A stretch of 63,766 bases of DNA, the filler included, from Reticulomyxa filosa (lineage: Eukaryota > Protista > Foraminifera), in NCBI GenBank assembly GCA_000512085.1. It is 23 parts of 23 records of this genome, joined end to end, with 100 filler letters (N's around TTAATTAATTAA, not from the genome) between each part and the next. Parts side by side here need not be neighbours in the genome. Positions count along the whole stretch, not along the records: positions 1 to 1,812 come from ASPP01016080.1; positions 1,913 to 3,965 come from ASPP01006601.1; positions 4,066 to 6,141 come from ASPP01011255.1; positions 6,242 to 8,460 come from ASPP01003520.1; positions 8,561 to 10,006 come from ASPP01020088.1; positions 10,107 to 11,227 come from ASPP01022877.1; positions 11,328 to 12,367 come from ASPP01026450.1; 16 more parts are not named here. One strand, given 5' to 3'. This document shows positions 1 through 11,953 of this stretch, piece by piece (the first letter of the stretch is position 1; each line of letters begins with the position of its first letter). The position numbers were made by a program, and so were the translations under genes. A model generated the notes under the pieces. The model did no database searches. It saw only the letters and a program-made list of their open reading frames with translations, and had not been told where the DNA came from.

Positions 1-592
1 AAATCATTTGAACGAATGATATTTTTCTCCAACCCAAAAAAAAGTTATTCAAAAATCAATATCATATTTAAAAACTACAAGACTTGTAGATATTTTTAAA
101 AAAAAAATTAGGTCTAAATGTTGATTTTTCATTGAGAAAATCAATTATCATCATAAGATATTGTTTTAGGCGTTCAGTTTTCTTTGCAACATACTGTATT
201 AAAGGCAAGATGATCTTTAACAGTCAGACTTTAATCTGTTGATCCATGTCGATGAGCAACTAAAGCCATAGAAGCGTACGTAGCATTAAGCCTTGTGCAA
301 TGTGTGATTGACCACTAGAAATTGGAATGGATTTGCTTTTGGCTGTACTGATCAAGGCCATTTACTTGATGGTAAGTTGTTTTTTTTTTGACAAAATTGT
401 TGTCATTTTGATTTTAATTTTTTTAATTGATTTCATGAATCGTGCACAAACTTCATGCAAAATATCCATATCTTTGAAACAAAGACGCAGCCCTTTTTAA
501 TCAGAAGATTATCTTCTTATAACTTTGAAAAGTATGGCACGCAATAAAAAGTAGAACTTCAAACCAAACTTTTTTTTTTGTTACAAAAATGA

Positions 593-1774
593 TTATGGTA
601 ATAATTGAACATTGATCTCGCCTTCAAAAAAACCTTGTTTGGTTGTTGCCAAAGTGACATCTCGTTTGAACCGGAGAAAGCCATGTTTTTGATAAGCAGC
701 TTTTTCTTGGGTAATATCCTTTGCATTTTGTCTGGAAGCCCATTCGTTTTCATTCCAATCAACACTTTGGCTCCAGTTTTTTTTAGCTTTCAATTCATGG
801 AACTGCTTTGACTCCATTAAATTGTGAAGATCAACCAAAGGGACAGCACAGGCTCCAATATTATCGGCATCACCAATTAAAAAGCTATCTCTGAAAGTGA
901 TCCACAAGCACCCGTTTCCAATGGTGGCAACGGAGTCGGCAATTACAAAAAATGGATTTAATTCAAAAGTGTAGACACTCGAATATTCAGTGCATTCTTG
1001 AGCCAAGCGATGTCCAAGCGTGCTCTTGACCTGAACAGGCAAGGCGGGGCCACTAACGGTAAAATAGAGCATCAAATACTCACTTTTGGAAATGGTCGAA
1101 GCAAACACGCCCGACCCTTTGGGTGAATGGAGTGACTTGTTGGAAGCATTAGCCAGTTTGGCTCTATCTTTTTCCTTTGGAGCCTCTCCGAGACTCTCAG
1201 TCCCACTTTTATGTTTGCTGCTCTTTTTATGTTGAACATCGAGCAGCTGTGCAAACAAATGTAGCTTCAAATAGCGAAGCGTGACGACGTAACGCGAGGG
1301 TACGCTTGGATTCCATAAGGCATCGTAGCACACTCGGAATTGGGCAAAGACGGGTCTGTGATCACTCTGTTTAGGAGTCAGCTTGCTGCATTCGTATAAA
1401 GACTGTGAAATGGTCACGCAAGGGTGTGGAGGCGTGGCCCACAATATGCGATCGCACCACGCCGGCACACGCTTCTTATGGTACTCGTTGCTCCCTTTTT
1501 GGAACTTGTACGTTGGAGGCCACTTGATTTGTCCCTCCACAAATTGTTGCAGCACCGGCGACACCGTGGCCGTTGCAAACGGCAGCTCGTCATCGGTCAT
1601 TGAAAGATGTCCTCCTGTCGAATATGTCCTCTTATTGTCCTCTGCTCTTTGCTCCTTATACTCGGTTTTGTCACTCATCCCTTCCAAATTGCTGGACACC
1701 ACACTATTCAACAAATAGCAAAGCAATAAGTCTGTTCCATTGTCATTATTATTTGTAAAGACAAGCAAACTCAT
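593..1774 (-). CDS. Inositol polyphosphate 5-phosphatase, C-terminal catalytic part plus C2-like tail (5' partial)
   Basis: IPPc motifs EGQIKWPPTYKF, KKRVPAWCDRILW and SDHRPVFAQF, followed by a beta-rich C2-like region (LWITFRDSFLIGDADNIGACAVPL). Confidence 0.88.
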   Translation of the reverse strand: MSLLVFTNNNDNGTDLLLCYLLNSVVSSNLEGMSDKTEYKEQRAEDNKRTYSTGGHLSMTDDELPFATATVSPVLQQFVEGQIKWPPTYKFQKGSNEYHKKRVPAWCDRILWATPPHPCVTISQSLYECSKLTPKQSDHRPVFAQFRVCYDALWNPSVPSRYVVTLRYLKLHLFAQLLDVQHKKSSKHKSGTESLGEAPKEKDRAKLANASNKSLHSPKGSGVFASTISKSEYLMLYFTVSGPALPVQVKSTLGHRLAQECTEYSSVYTFELNPFFVIADSVATIGNGCLWITFRDSFLIGDADNIGACAVPLVDLHNLMESKQFHELKAKKNWSQSVDWNENEWASRQNAKDITQEKAAYQKHGFLRFKRDVTLATTKQGFFEGEINVQLLP

Positions 1775-1812
1775 TTTCTTTTTCTCTTTCTTTTTCTTGT
1801 TCTTGTTCTTGT

Positions 1813-1912
1813 NNNNNNNNNNNNNNNNNNNNNNNNNNNNNNNNNNNNNNNNNNNNTTAATTAATTAANNNNNNNNNNNNNNNNNNNNNNNNNNNNNNNN
1901 NNNNNNNNNNNN
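1813..1912. other. Artificial contig-joining spacer (first of 22)
   Basis: 44 N + TTAATTAATTAA + 44 N. Copies start at 1813, 3966, 6142, 8461, 10007, 11228, 12368, 13755, 17341, 19089, 21417, 25101, 28359, 32310, 42154, 43488, 46590, 51016, 52168, 53794, 60980 and 62496. Confidence 0.99.
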
Positions 1913-1913
1913 A

Positions 1914-3549
1914 AAAGAAGGAGTTGCTAAGAGAGGACGGATTGATAACATATCCAAAAGATTATCAATTGTGGGAAAAAAGATTGAAGCAACTGCCAAA
2001 GAACACGCCAAAGTCGGTGTTAAACTCACAAGTCTTTCAACTTCTTGGCACACCACAGCAGCGTGGCTGGCATTATTTCCTGCCAGGTGTAGTACGACAC
2101 TAGCAAATAAATGCATACATACATATATATATATATATGTATATGTATATGTTGTGCATTTAAAATAAAAAAAAATAAAAAAATAAAAAAATAAAAAAAT
2201 AAAAAAAAGGACGAATTAAATCAATCGCGACAAACGGATACATATTGATCTTGCCTTGGCAAGGCGAAGACATTCTATTAGACAACCGACTGGCATTCCC
2301 TTATCCGGACGCCGTGTTGCGCGACTGGGACCGTGGGATGAAAGTGGAATACTTTGATGAAAACCAGCAACGATGGTCGACCACGACATATGTTATTGAA
2401 GGTATCATCGACTCGTCGTTGGTATTTTTAGAAAACTTTGGAGAGCCTGTGCCAATCACAAAACTGCGTTTACAGCGAAATGAAGAGCAACCAAAGTCTG
2501 TTCAATTCACATCGTCACAAGTGAGTAGAGACAGTAACAATAGCAATAATAATAATAATAATAATAATAGGAATAATAATAATAATTTCAATAGAAATAA
2601 CAATAGGGATGATAACAATAACAACATCAATAATAATGATAATAATAATAATAATAACGAGATATTGATAATGGACACAACGATAATGTTTGAGCTTGAA
2701 TTGTCTCAACGAATCAACAGTTTCAAAATTGAGGATACGGTGTTGTATCCGGATTCGTATCGATCTTGGACAAACCGATTGAAGCAGATGCAAGACTATC
2801 ACTTCGACTTGTTGTATTTGGAAGTGTTTGTCAAAATCCCAAGTCCATTGGAGCACAGAGAATTATACATTCCTGGTTTCGTATGCATATATATATATAT
2901 ATTTATATATTTATATGCATATACATATATATATATATTTTATTTTTTTTTTTTTTTTTTTAACTCAAACGTGCACACATGCCGAAAAGGAACAATAATG
3001 CAAATGGAAACCAATACGAACAACATTTGGATAAAAAACATATTCGACCAAACGGAGGTGATGGACATTCGCTTGCTTTACAGCGTGAAAGTGCTGACGG
3101 ACTTGTCGCGACTGCCGACGGCGAGGTATGTGCAAGTCTACGACAAGCAGCTAAAAACGTGGGGAGGGTGTGACGGGAAGGAGTACTTTGAAGTCGATTA
3201 CCTCCTTGGAGATATGGGCGTATTCCTGCGAGAAGGAAGTGAAATGGTCCCCGCTACTTGCGTCAAGCCATTGTTCGATGAGGACGTTCGACAGCTGAGA
3301 CAAGCGAATGATGGGCCTGCCAATGAAAATGGCGACGAATGGGCTGATGTCAATGACTTTGTCTTCAAAGAGTATATCCACGATGTTTGCTTGGATTTGA
3401 TCAAAGCAAATAAACAAAAGAGCGCACTCGAATCTGATCATAAAATTGAGTCTATTGATGATGATCTACTTCCTGACCAGGTGTCCATTGATGTTGCACA
3501 ATTTCAAGCTGCTATGGATGCATTAAGTTATTATTAAATTATTATATAC

Positions 3550-3583
<34 letters not shown>

Positions 3584-3899
3584 GTATATACATACTAAAC
3601 AAGATATCAAGTCTGAGATCAGTCGCAGTCGAGCATGGGAAGTTTGCCAGTCGATACAAACACAAGTGTATCTGCAACACTTGCAAGACCTGGAAAATCA
3701 AAAGTGGACAAAAATGATGCTGTTAAATGATGAAGGCATTTTGCTGGAAAACTTTGATTGTGTGGTTTGTAATCAATCCAAATCCAGTGGACTTAGGCTT
3801 ATCAATTGCGGACATTGCATCTGCTTTCCAGACATTGAAAAATTTGTCAAACAGTGCGTGACTGATGTTAAACCACCTTTATGTCCCAAGTGTAGTCAG
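1914..3899 (+). CDS. Multi-exon protein with a duplicated Tudor/SH3-like module, a poly-Asn linker and a C-terminal RING finger (possibly RBR-type E3; partial)
   Basis: GT-AG introns 2087-2209, 2876-2989 and 3527-3603 give a continuous frame; RING-like CVVC...CGHCICFPD...CPKC; another donor at 3900. Confidence 0.7.
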
Positions 3900-4119
3900 G
3901 TTTGTAAACATTTATGGGTTTATGTATACGTATACGTTGTTTGTGTGTGTTTTTTTTTTTTTTTTNNNNNNNNNNNNNNNNNNNNNNNNNNNNNNNNNNN
4001 NNNNNNNNNTTAATTAATTAANNNNNNNNNNNNNNNNNNNNNNNNNNNNNNNNNNNNNNNNNNNNAAAATACACGTACATAACGTGCAATATATAGAGAT
4101 GTATGTTCTATATCTTATG

Positions 4120-4981
4120 TGTGGAACACTCGAAACGTAGTTATAACAGTCCCCTGCAGCGACCATCGCGGTAGAGCGGCGATCCCCAAAAAATTGGAGG
4201 CACTGTAATGTACACGTGTTCTGTGAACCGGAAAGTGTCGTTCGCAGCTGGAATTGGGTTGCAATTACACCCTTCTGTCCATTCAATGTGCTATATTCGA
4301 GAGTCAGATCGTATATTGCCACTTGGTTGTGGAGCATACCAATCGCGACTTCGTAGTTTCTTTTTTTCGATCCTGATGACGATATGCTTGTGTCACTTCG
4401 CAACAACGTGCAATCCAATATCCAGTCCTTCGCTATCAATGGCACCTTTAGCAACGACGACAGTCGTTGGCTCTTTCCGTATACACAGTCATGTTTTGTT
4501 CGCGTGCATTATGTGTGTACATATTGTATACCACGTTATTAAGTCAAGTTTTGATTGTCATTGCGAAAGTCGTCAAAAAAGGGGGGGGGGGGGGAAAAAA
4601 ATAAATTATATTCCTATTGTAATGCCCATTTTGGTTCAATGTTATACTTATGTACACATACTTCCTTTCTTTTCCTCTGTTCTCAACTTGGTTGTAATAA
4701 TACAATAATTGCAATTCTTTCCCACCTCCACAAAGAATTATGTTGTGTTTACATGTATCCTCAGCTTCTGATTTGGATTCACTCTCAAACTCCAATGAAA
4801 ACACTCGAATAATGTGGATTTTATTTGAGGTCAGCACATTGTGACAAGACAGAAAACTGCCATCGGTTACATCATAAAATGTTAGAAATGAGCCCTGTCC
4901 CGACAATAAAAGTCGGCCATTTTCAATAAATTTCAACGCTGTTACTTCACATTTACAACTCAATTTTTGAAGATTGGACAT
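4120..4981 (-). CDS. WDR6/Trm734-like WD40 protein, N-terminal exons (3' partial)
   Basis: EVTALKFIENGRLLLSGQG, NKIHII, GGKEL, DWILDC, IGMLHN, MVAAGDCYN match the order of WDR6 N-terminal motifs as I recall them; one intron near 4470-4660. Confidence 0.65.
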
Positions 4982-5303
4982 GAGTGGTTCCTGATATCAA
5001 TTTCTGTGACCTTTTTGTCTGCAAGTACTCTCTTAAACACCTAAGGAGGCTTAACTAAATACTTCAACAAACAGAAGTAATTGCAAATTCAATTGGTTTT
5101 TTGTTTGCGATATCATTTAGCATTGATGCTCGCGTTACCGCTTTCTTTTAGCTTACAAAAATCATACTGAATATAGAGGTATCATTCCCGACTCGGGTCA
5201 TCTAAAGATCACAGGATAAAACTGCAAGCAAACCCTTGGGTTCAAATGTCGAACAAAAAACTAAAATTTGGTCCCCTCTAAAAAAACGTAAGAAGAAAAC
5301 CAA

Positions 5304-6100
5304 ATGAGTGTATCAAGTACTACTATTGAGCGTTTTTTCTTTGATTACTCGCCATTTTTCGATACCATGGCAGGATTTTTAAATTGCTTTTTATTAATCG
5401 TTTGGTTGACCGATTCGTGCTGCTTGCGCCAAAAAAATGCAGCCAATTTCCAGGAGCATATCGAGTGTTTACGTTATCACTGGGTTGTCAGTGATATGTT
5501 CGTGTTCATCAACGGTGCTCGAGTTTTTGCTATGGACAACGCACAGATTGGAGCCGGCCATCCGAGAGCACAAAGAAAAAGAGACCGACTATAAAAATAT
5601 ATGCAAGTACATGACAGTGAGTGTTTTGTTATTACAATTGTCAATCAAATTCTGTATGTGGGCGTTTTTCATCATCCGTGGACGTATGGTCATTTGTGCT
5701 TTGCATCCATGCTTATCCAGTGTTGTTCGAATTTCGCCCTACATCCTGGTACTGTGCTTGTTGCTTTCTTCAATTTCTGGAAACTTTTTCGATTTCAAAA
5801 GAACAAGACGTATACTTCAAGAAAAATTTTTTTTTGTGCTCTTTTGTGCTGAAATGTTACTTAATCAGTAACACTTGAAATGCATATCCTTTCTCAAATG
5901 AAACAGCTCATTGTGGGGTTTTATGGTTGTAATAGAGCGTCCATTTCATGTTTTCATGCGGGATAATTGTGTATTTCTCTCAAGGTTACTATGACCATGG
6001 TAACAGAATATGTCAGAACTATCTGCCTTTGTGGGTCTTTGCAACGGCCTTTGTCAGTGGGGATATTCTTTATGGGATTGGTTTTACGTATATCTTTTGG
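5304..6100 (+). pseudogene. Multi-pass membrane (GPCR-like) protein, frame-disrupted
   Basis: Successive hydrophobic helices spread over three overlapping frames (5304-5594, 5437-5871 and downstream), with stops. Confidence 0.35.
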
Positions 6101-6241
6101 GCTGTTTAGTTGTGTTTTTTTTTTTTTTTTTTAAACACTTTNNNNNNNNNNNNNNNNNNNNNNNNNNNNNNNNNNNNNNNNNNNNTTAATTAATTAANNN
6201 NNNNNNNNNNNNNNNNNNNNNNNNNNNNNNNNNNNNNNNNN

Positions 6242-7110
6242 CGACCCTCGTGTGCAACACATGCTATTGGTGGGAGAAAGTCGGAGGCGTCCTCGAAAAG
6301 TCGGAAGACAACTGCCTCATCTTTAGCATCACCACCCCAATTGTGGCCACACATAACTTTAAGATTTTCTTGTTTGCAAACAAAACGAGCCATTGTTGCT
6401 GTTGAAATTGTCTCGCATTAGATTGTATCTTTTCCAAAGTCATTCAAAGCTTTCCTGAAAAATCACAATCGAATTTGGGGAAAAACGCAACTCGAATTTC
6501 TCCAAGCGATGGCAAGTGATTCAATCCTTTTGTGAATGGTGGTCGACTTATCCTTTTATCACAATGTCTTGAAGCACTTGATCGACAAGACATTTATGGA
6601 AAGCCAGATGAAAATGGAAGATGTGCTGGATAGCAGCAATATCGTAGAAAGCAAAACTGTCCATTCCATCTCCGAAAATGAGTTGCTTCTGTGTTGTCCA
6701 GAGTCTTCAACACGATCAAGCCATCGTCCGAATTGCACTTGTTCGACGCGTTTGTATGTTATTTAAATGACATGTTTATCAAATCAAAAGACACAATGGA
6801 ATTTATTCAAGTCAAATGCAATGACAAAAAAAAGTTTTTTAAAAAATACATACATATATATATATGTGTATGTATAGTGCTTGACTTTGTATCTATCGGC
6901 TAGCCAATGTGGACGATATTGCAACAATCCTCACGATATTAGCGAATGCTACCCGCAATGCAGTGAATCTGCTGTTTTCAACTCGTAAGCTGTCGAATCG
7001 AGACAATGTAATACTGGAAACTGATATCGGTGATATTATATTGTCTCTGGGTGCATTGCTTCGCAAACTGGATTTATTGATGGACTGGTCTGTGTTGTCT
7101 CAATCTTTGC
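6242..7110 (+). pseudogene. Disrupted helical-protein gene fragment abutting a LINE relic
   Basis: Coding-like segments (6536-6766, 6691-6810, 6909-7110) with frameshifts, an AT-microsatellite intron, and an abrupt switch to LINE sequence. Confidence 0.35.
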
Positions 7111-8460
7111 GAGTTTGTCAAGTGAAAGAAACGGGAATTCACAAATACTTGACATACTTGACTTTTTGAATGTAATGGATTGTGTCTTATCGGGTGCCAA
7201 TAATAATTTCCATTTGGTTTCCCTGATATAAATAGATGTCCATAATGCAGCAAACATTCCACATTGGATTGAACGCTGAACTGCTTGATATCATTAATAT
7301 ACAACAGGAATAGCAAATGAGATAATAATGAACATTGTGATACTCCTGTATTGGATTGTTTAAATCTTGGTTCCATTTAATACCAATTGTCCAATTCGAT
7401 CAGATAGAAAACTATACGACCACCAATACAATCTTCCTTTTAATCCAAATTCATGTCGCATTTTATATCTTAATCCATCTATCCAAACACTATCATATGC
7501 AGATGAAATATCAAATAGCACTGCATACGTGACAGCATTGTGATCGAAGGACGCCAGAACTTTCTTTTCAATCGATGCACATTCTTTCTTTTCCTTCGTA
7601 ACGCATCACTCTACCATGGTTTGTTTCCTTTCACCATGATTCTACTGCTGAATCCAATGTATTTGAGTCATCAGGATAAAGTGCTTTTCCATTCATTTAA
7701 TTTTTTGTTTAGATTGTCTGTATTGTTCCCATTTATCACTTATTAAATTCCAAATTTCGATACATTTAATTCGTCGTTATATGTTCTCCAATTACTGCAC
7801 CAACTTGCAATTGATTCTGAACAGAGTATAATATCAATTGATGATTTTCCTCCATCTTTTTCAAATGTATGATTGAATGGGACTGAGTATAAAATATGCA
7901 AGTTGTTATTCGTAATGATGTCAATATTATCATCCAACCAAGTAGGATTATGTGAATTCCAAATGACTAACCTTTCTAGCTTCTTTTAATTCTTTTTCAA
8001 ATACATCCAAATTATCTTGTTGTTGCTGGAATGCAATAGCAAATTGCTGAAAGAATGTCATCATTTCTGGTATTTGACCATTGGTAAACCTTTAAATCTT
8101 TCCACTTTCTCAATATTAAACCCCAACTCTTCAAGAGTTTCTTTTATTTCTTGTTCTGATTCTCGAATGGACACATTCTTAAACAGAACAACTTTGTTGC
8201 TTTCTGGATTTGTTATTTCTTCTTTTCTTCTCTGTTTCTGCTCTTCTACATATCCGAAATTGTAGATAGAGCATTTTGGAGTTTTTTGTTCATGTTCTTT
8301 TTCATTGTATTTCATTGAAATGATTCACAAGATTCTCCAATTGTTGTTGGGTTGTTGAAGTTTGAAAATGCACAAATACAGCGTGTGTTGATCGAGTTTG
8401 CCAATGTCTTTCCTTTTTTCCCAAATATCTTCAATATCAATGTTTGAATGTCCGTTAACA
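7110..8460 (-). mobile_element. Degenerate non-LTR retrotransposon (ORF1 / APE endonuclease / RT relics)
   Basis: ORF1-like VVLFKNVSIRESEQEIKETLEELGFNIEKVERFKGLPMVK; endonuclease WNSHNPTW and HTF...SSIDIILCS; RT AVLFDISSAYDSVW, SFLSDR, TGVSQCSLLSHLLFLLYINDI, KTQSITF and VKYL*I, with many indels. Confidence 0.9.
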
Positions 8461-8560
8461 NNNNNNNNNNNNNNNNNNNNNNNNNNNNNNNNNNNNNNNN
8501 NNNNTTAATTAATTAANNNNNNNNNNNNNNNNNNNNNNNNNNNNNNNNNNNNNNNNNNNN

Positions 8561-9990
8561 GCAAATGTATGTTTGTGTTTGTCGTTTTCTTTATTACATT
8601 GACGTGTAAATATGAAATGCATATGATATTCATAGATTTTGTGTCTTTCGACATACCTTTCATCGACTCTCCACGCGGTATAGATACATCACATTCACTC
8701 GACTCTCGTTGCACATCTCTTAGCAATGATCTTATGATATGTGGCATCCACCCTGTATTGTCGTTTTCCACTTCCGGTTTTGTTTTCAAGTCGTCCAATG
8801 GTGCTGTTTCCACCACTGGTTTTTCAGAGTTTTGATTGGTCGATGTTGTCGTTGTTGTCATTGTTGTCGTTGTTGTCGTTGTTGTCGTTGTTGTCGTTGC
8901 TGTCGTTGCTGTCGTTGCTGTCATTGTTGGTTTTTCTTCGTGCTTTATGTTTTCATTTGATGGCTTTGGAATTGGGAAGTACTCCAATTTCATTGAAGGA
9001 GGAGCCGAGACAAAGTGCTGATCCAATTGCGTTTGAAAGTGATTTAGAATTTGAATCATGGCCAAAATGAACACAGGGGATCCCATTCGAATCGAAAAGG
9101 CCAATAACGCACTAATCATTTTGCCTTTTGTCTGTATGCACACATAAATATATATATACATATATATTAATTGCATTAACATGTCCTCCCTCTGTTGATA
9201 TGAGAGCCTAACTTTGAGATTTTCATGTTCGTTTGCAATACGTTGCGACACTTTTTGAAAGAATTCGTTCATAACATGTCTGCGTTCATTGTATAAATCC
9301 AAGTTGGGCATTGTGGCCATGTAATGGATAAAGCCGTCTAAATGTTCGGGCCACTTGGAAGGGTCGTTACCTTGAGATTCAAAGCAAATGTAAACATTTA
9401 TTTTTTAAAAAAAAGGATGGGATTGATTGTGTTGTACCTTACCTGGAATTTGCTCCCAAAATTTGATAGGACTTTAACAGACGAATAATCATTATTTGCA
9501 GAGTTGGAGCGAACAAAGCGCTGGATGGCATTGTCCAAATTGTTGAAGCACGTGGGGACAATGCGATTGCGCTTTTGTTGGTCAAAATATTGGAACAAAG
9601 ATTTCATCACGGTCGATCTCACCTCAAATAGTTTGGCAAAACTTGAGTCATTCAATGACAAGCTATTTAATTCCGTTTGCCATCGAGTTTTCATTCGTTT
9701 CACTGGCATTGAAGCAGTTTTCTAACGTTTTTTGTTTTTGTTTTTGTTTTGAAACTACCATCACACGTCTTTCCATGCACAGAAGAAAAGATTACCTCAA
9801 AATCTAAAAAATTAGAATGATGTTCCGCATCTAAAGGAAATGATTTCAACTGGATGTCAAATTCCTCCAACAATCTCTGTTCCAATTCTTTCGCTGAATG
9901 TAGACTGTTAATGGACATGTTTTCATTCCCACCATTCTCGTTGTTGTTCGCTGTTCCTGATTCCTCATTGTCTACCTCTTCATCTGCAAG
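8561..9990 (-). CDS. Hypothetical multi-exon helical protein with poly-Thr tract (internal fragment)
   Basis: ORFs 9700-9918, 9398-9709 and 8505-9320 separated by GT-AG introns; 9-bp repeats at ~8840-8925 encode poly-Thr. Confidence 0.5.
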
Positions 9991-10109
9991 GTCTTTTTTT
10001 TTTTTTNNNNNNNNNNNNNNNNNNNNNNNNNNNNNNNNNNNNNNNNNNNNTTAATTAATTAANNNNNNNNNNNNNNNNNNNNNNNNNNNNNNNNNNNNNN
10101 NNNNNNACT

Positions 10110-10946
10110 CACCTTTAAAATAGATTGCATTTGTAATGATCATGCGCACTCTTTCGTCAATGTCGGAGATATCTATTATTTTCGATATATTTTACCTTGT
10201 GTCTGCTCATCTGCCCAGCCATTTATTATCGACGCAATCCGAGTGCTTGTTAAGGTCGACATTATAGCGGTACAACCAAGTTGCAATTTTTGTTCTGACA
10301 ACTCTGAGTGAATGACTCTATCTTTTCCAAATACTCTTTTTTTAACAGCATAAATTTTTTTTTTTTGTGCATTTTTTTTTTGTAGCCATTAGATTTTGCA
10401 AAAAATATATATATACAAATACATATACAATATATAAACATATATATGTATATATATACGTATATAAACTGCAATTGATCCAAAGTCGATTGATAGTTGT
10501 CAAAATTGGCTTCCTTTTTCATCATTGTGCTCTTCGGGTCATTAAATCGAATTGCTTCACTAACCATTGGAGATGCTCACACATTCCATACTTCTCTTCG
10601 CCAAAGTTCGTTTTACTTGTTTCCATATTTGTCTCCGTATCTTCGTTTGTTGCATCACTTTCCCTGATTCGGCTCATTTGCTCATCTACCACCAATATCT
10701 CTCTTCTGCCCTGCCACGAGTCCCGAATTTTTGTAGCAACTTTGCCTCTGGCAAAAAAACTCTTTCACGTGTTTGCTCTCGTGCTCCTGCTGCTGCAATT
10801 ACTAGTGCAAATTCCAGACTAAAAGAAGAAATGACCACCTTTTCATTTTTGGCTTTTAAGTCGTTCAAAAGGTACTTTGCATACGTAATTGAGTCCATAC
10901 TTTTTGCAGTTTCCACATTTTCTGAATTATTCACAAATTCGGACAT
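10110..10946 (-). pseudogene. Serpin (serine protease inhibitor), N-terminal half, frame-disrupted, 3' partial
   Basis: KVVISSFSLEFALVIAAAGAREQTR (helix B region), INGWADEQTQGK (helix F), IITNAIYFKG (strand 3A signature) followed by a GTGAGT donor. Confidence 0.8.
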
Positions 10947-11351
10947 GATCAATTTCAAGACGTTCAAATACTGATTTCTCCTCAAAATAAGATAGGTTTT
11001 GACAGCGTTAACTTTTTTTAGGTATTTAGATTAAGAGAAAATGCAACACTACTGGGGTCCTTCCCCCCAAAGTTCCGTATTTAGTGAGAAGCATTTTTCT
11101 TGGTGTTGCAGTTTACAATTGCACCTAGTTCTCGTCGTTCACTTATAATAAAAATAGAATTGCTTTATCTTTTGTAGAGATACAATATTTCACCAAAATA
11201 CCATTCAACAACCACTTTTTTTTTTTTNNNNNNNNNNNNNNNNNNNNNNNNNNNNNNNNNNNNNNNNNNNNTTAATTAATTAANNNNNNNNNNNNNNNNN
11301 NNNNNNNNNNNNNNNNNNNNNNNNNNNTCTCAGGAATTTCTTGATCTAATT

Positions 11352-11760
11352 ATGTATCAAGTACCAAAAACTAAAAAACATGAAAATAATAGTAAAGGTA
11401 TGGAAAAACTTCCAGCTCTAATTATTGATTTTACTAGTGTAAATCCAAAAACGTCGATCAAACTGTCAAGATATATCAGAAAAGTCATTGGAAAACCATA
11501 CGAGAAGTTGCTGGATCACGTGCATTCATTCAAGATCACCAAGTCAGGAAAACTTGCTACGACTGACCAAATATAAAAGTGATTGTCGATCAAGTAAATC
11601 AAGTAGCAGGAACAAATTTAACATGTCATATAGTCGACAGTGAATACAAATGACATGAAATTGAAACGATCACAATCAGTTGTCCATATTCACTACAAAA
11701 CAGCAGAAAAGGCTAAGCAATTGAAGCAGCAAGCAAAGTTGCGTGCACCTTTTTTGGTGA
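11352..11760 (+). mobile_element. Probable LINE ORF1 (gag-like) relic
   Basis: Broken ORF; the VVHIHYKTAEKAKQL segment resembles the LPIVRVLL/GLPMVK motifs of the other ORF1 relics in the window. Confidence 0.4.
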
Positions 11761-11953
11761 TGCTTCCTTCTGTTATTCCTTTGATTTCAACTTTAGCCTC
11801 TAAAAAAAAAAAATAAATAATTTGTGCAGAATAATCTTTTCAAATGACTGTACATTGACTAAGTCACGTAAAAATCTCTTCGGATGTCGTTGGTCCAGTT
11901 CTATTCCATTCGGAAGTGGATTTAGGCCCTGCATGTTCAGAAACAGAGCTGAT

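Noticed and set aside
5180-5255. tRNA-like GGGTTCAAAT T-loop and CCCGACTCGGG hairpin
   Set aside because: No acceptor, D or anticodon stems can be built.
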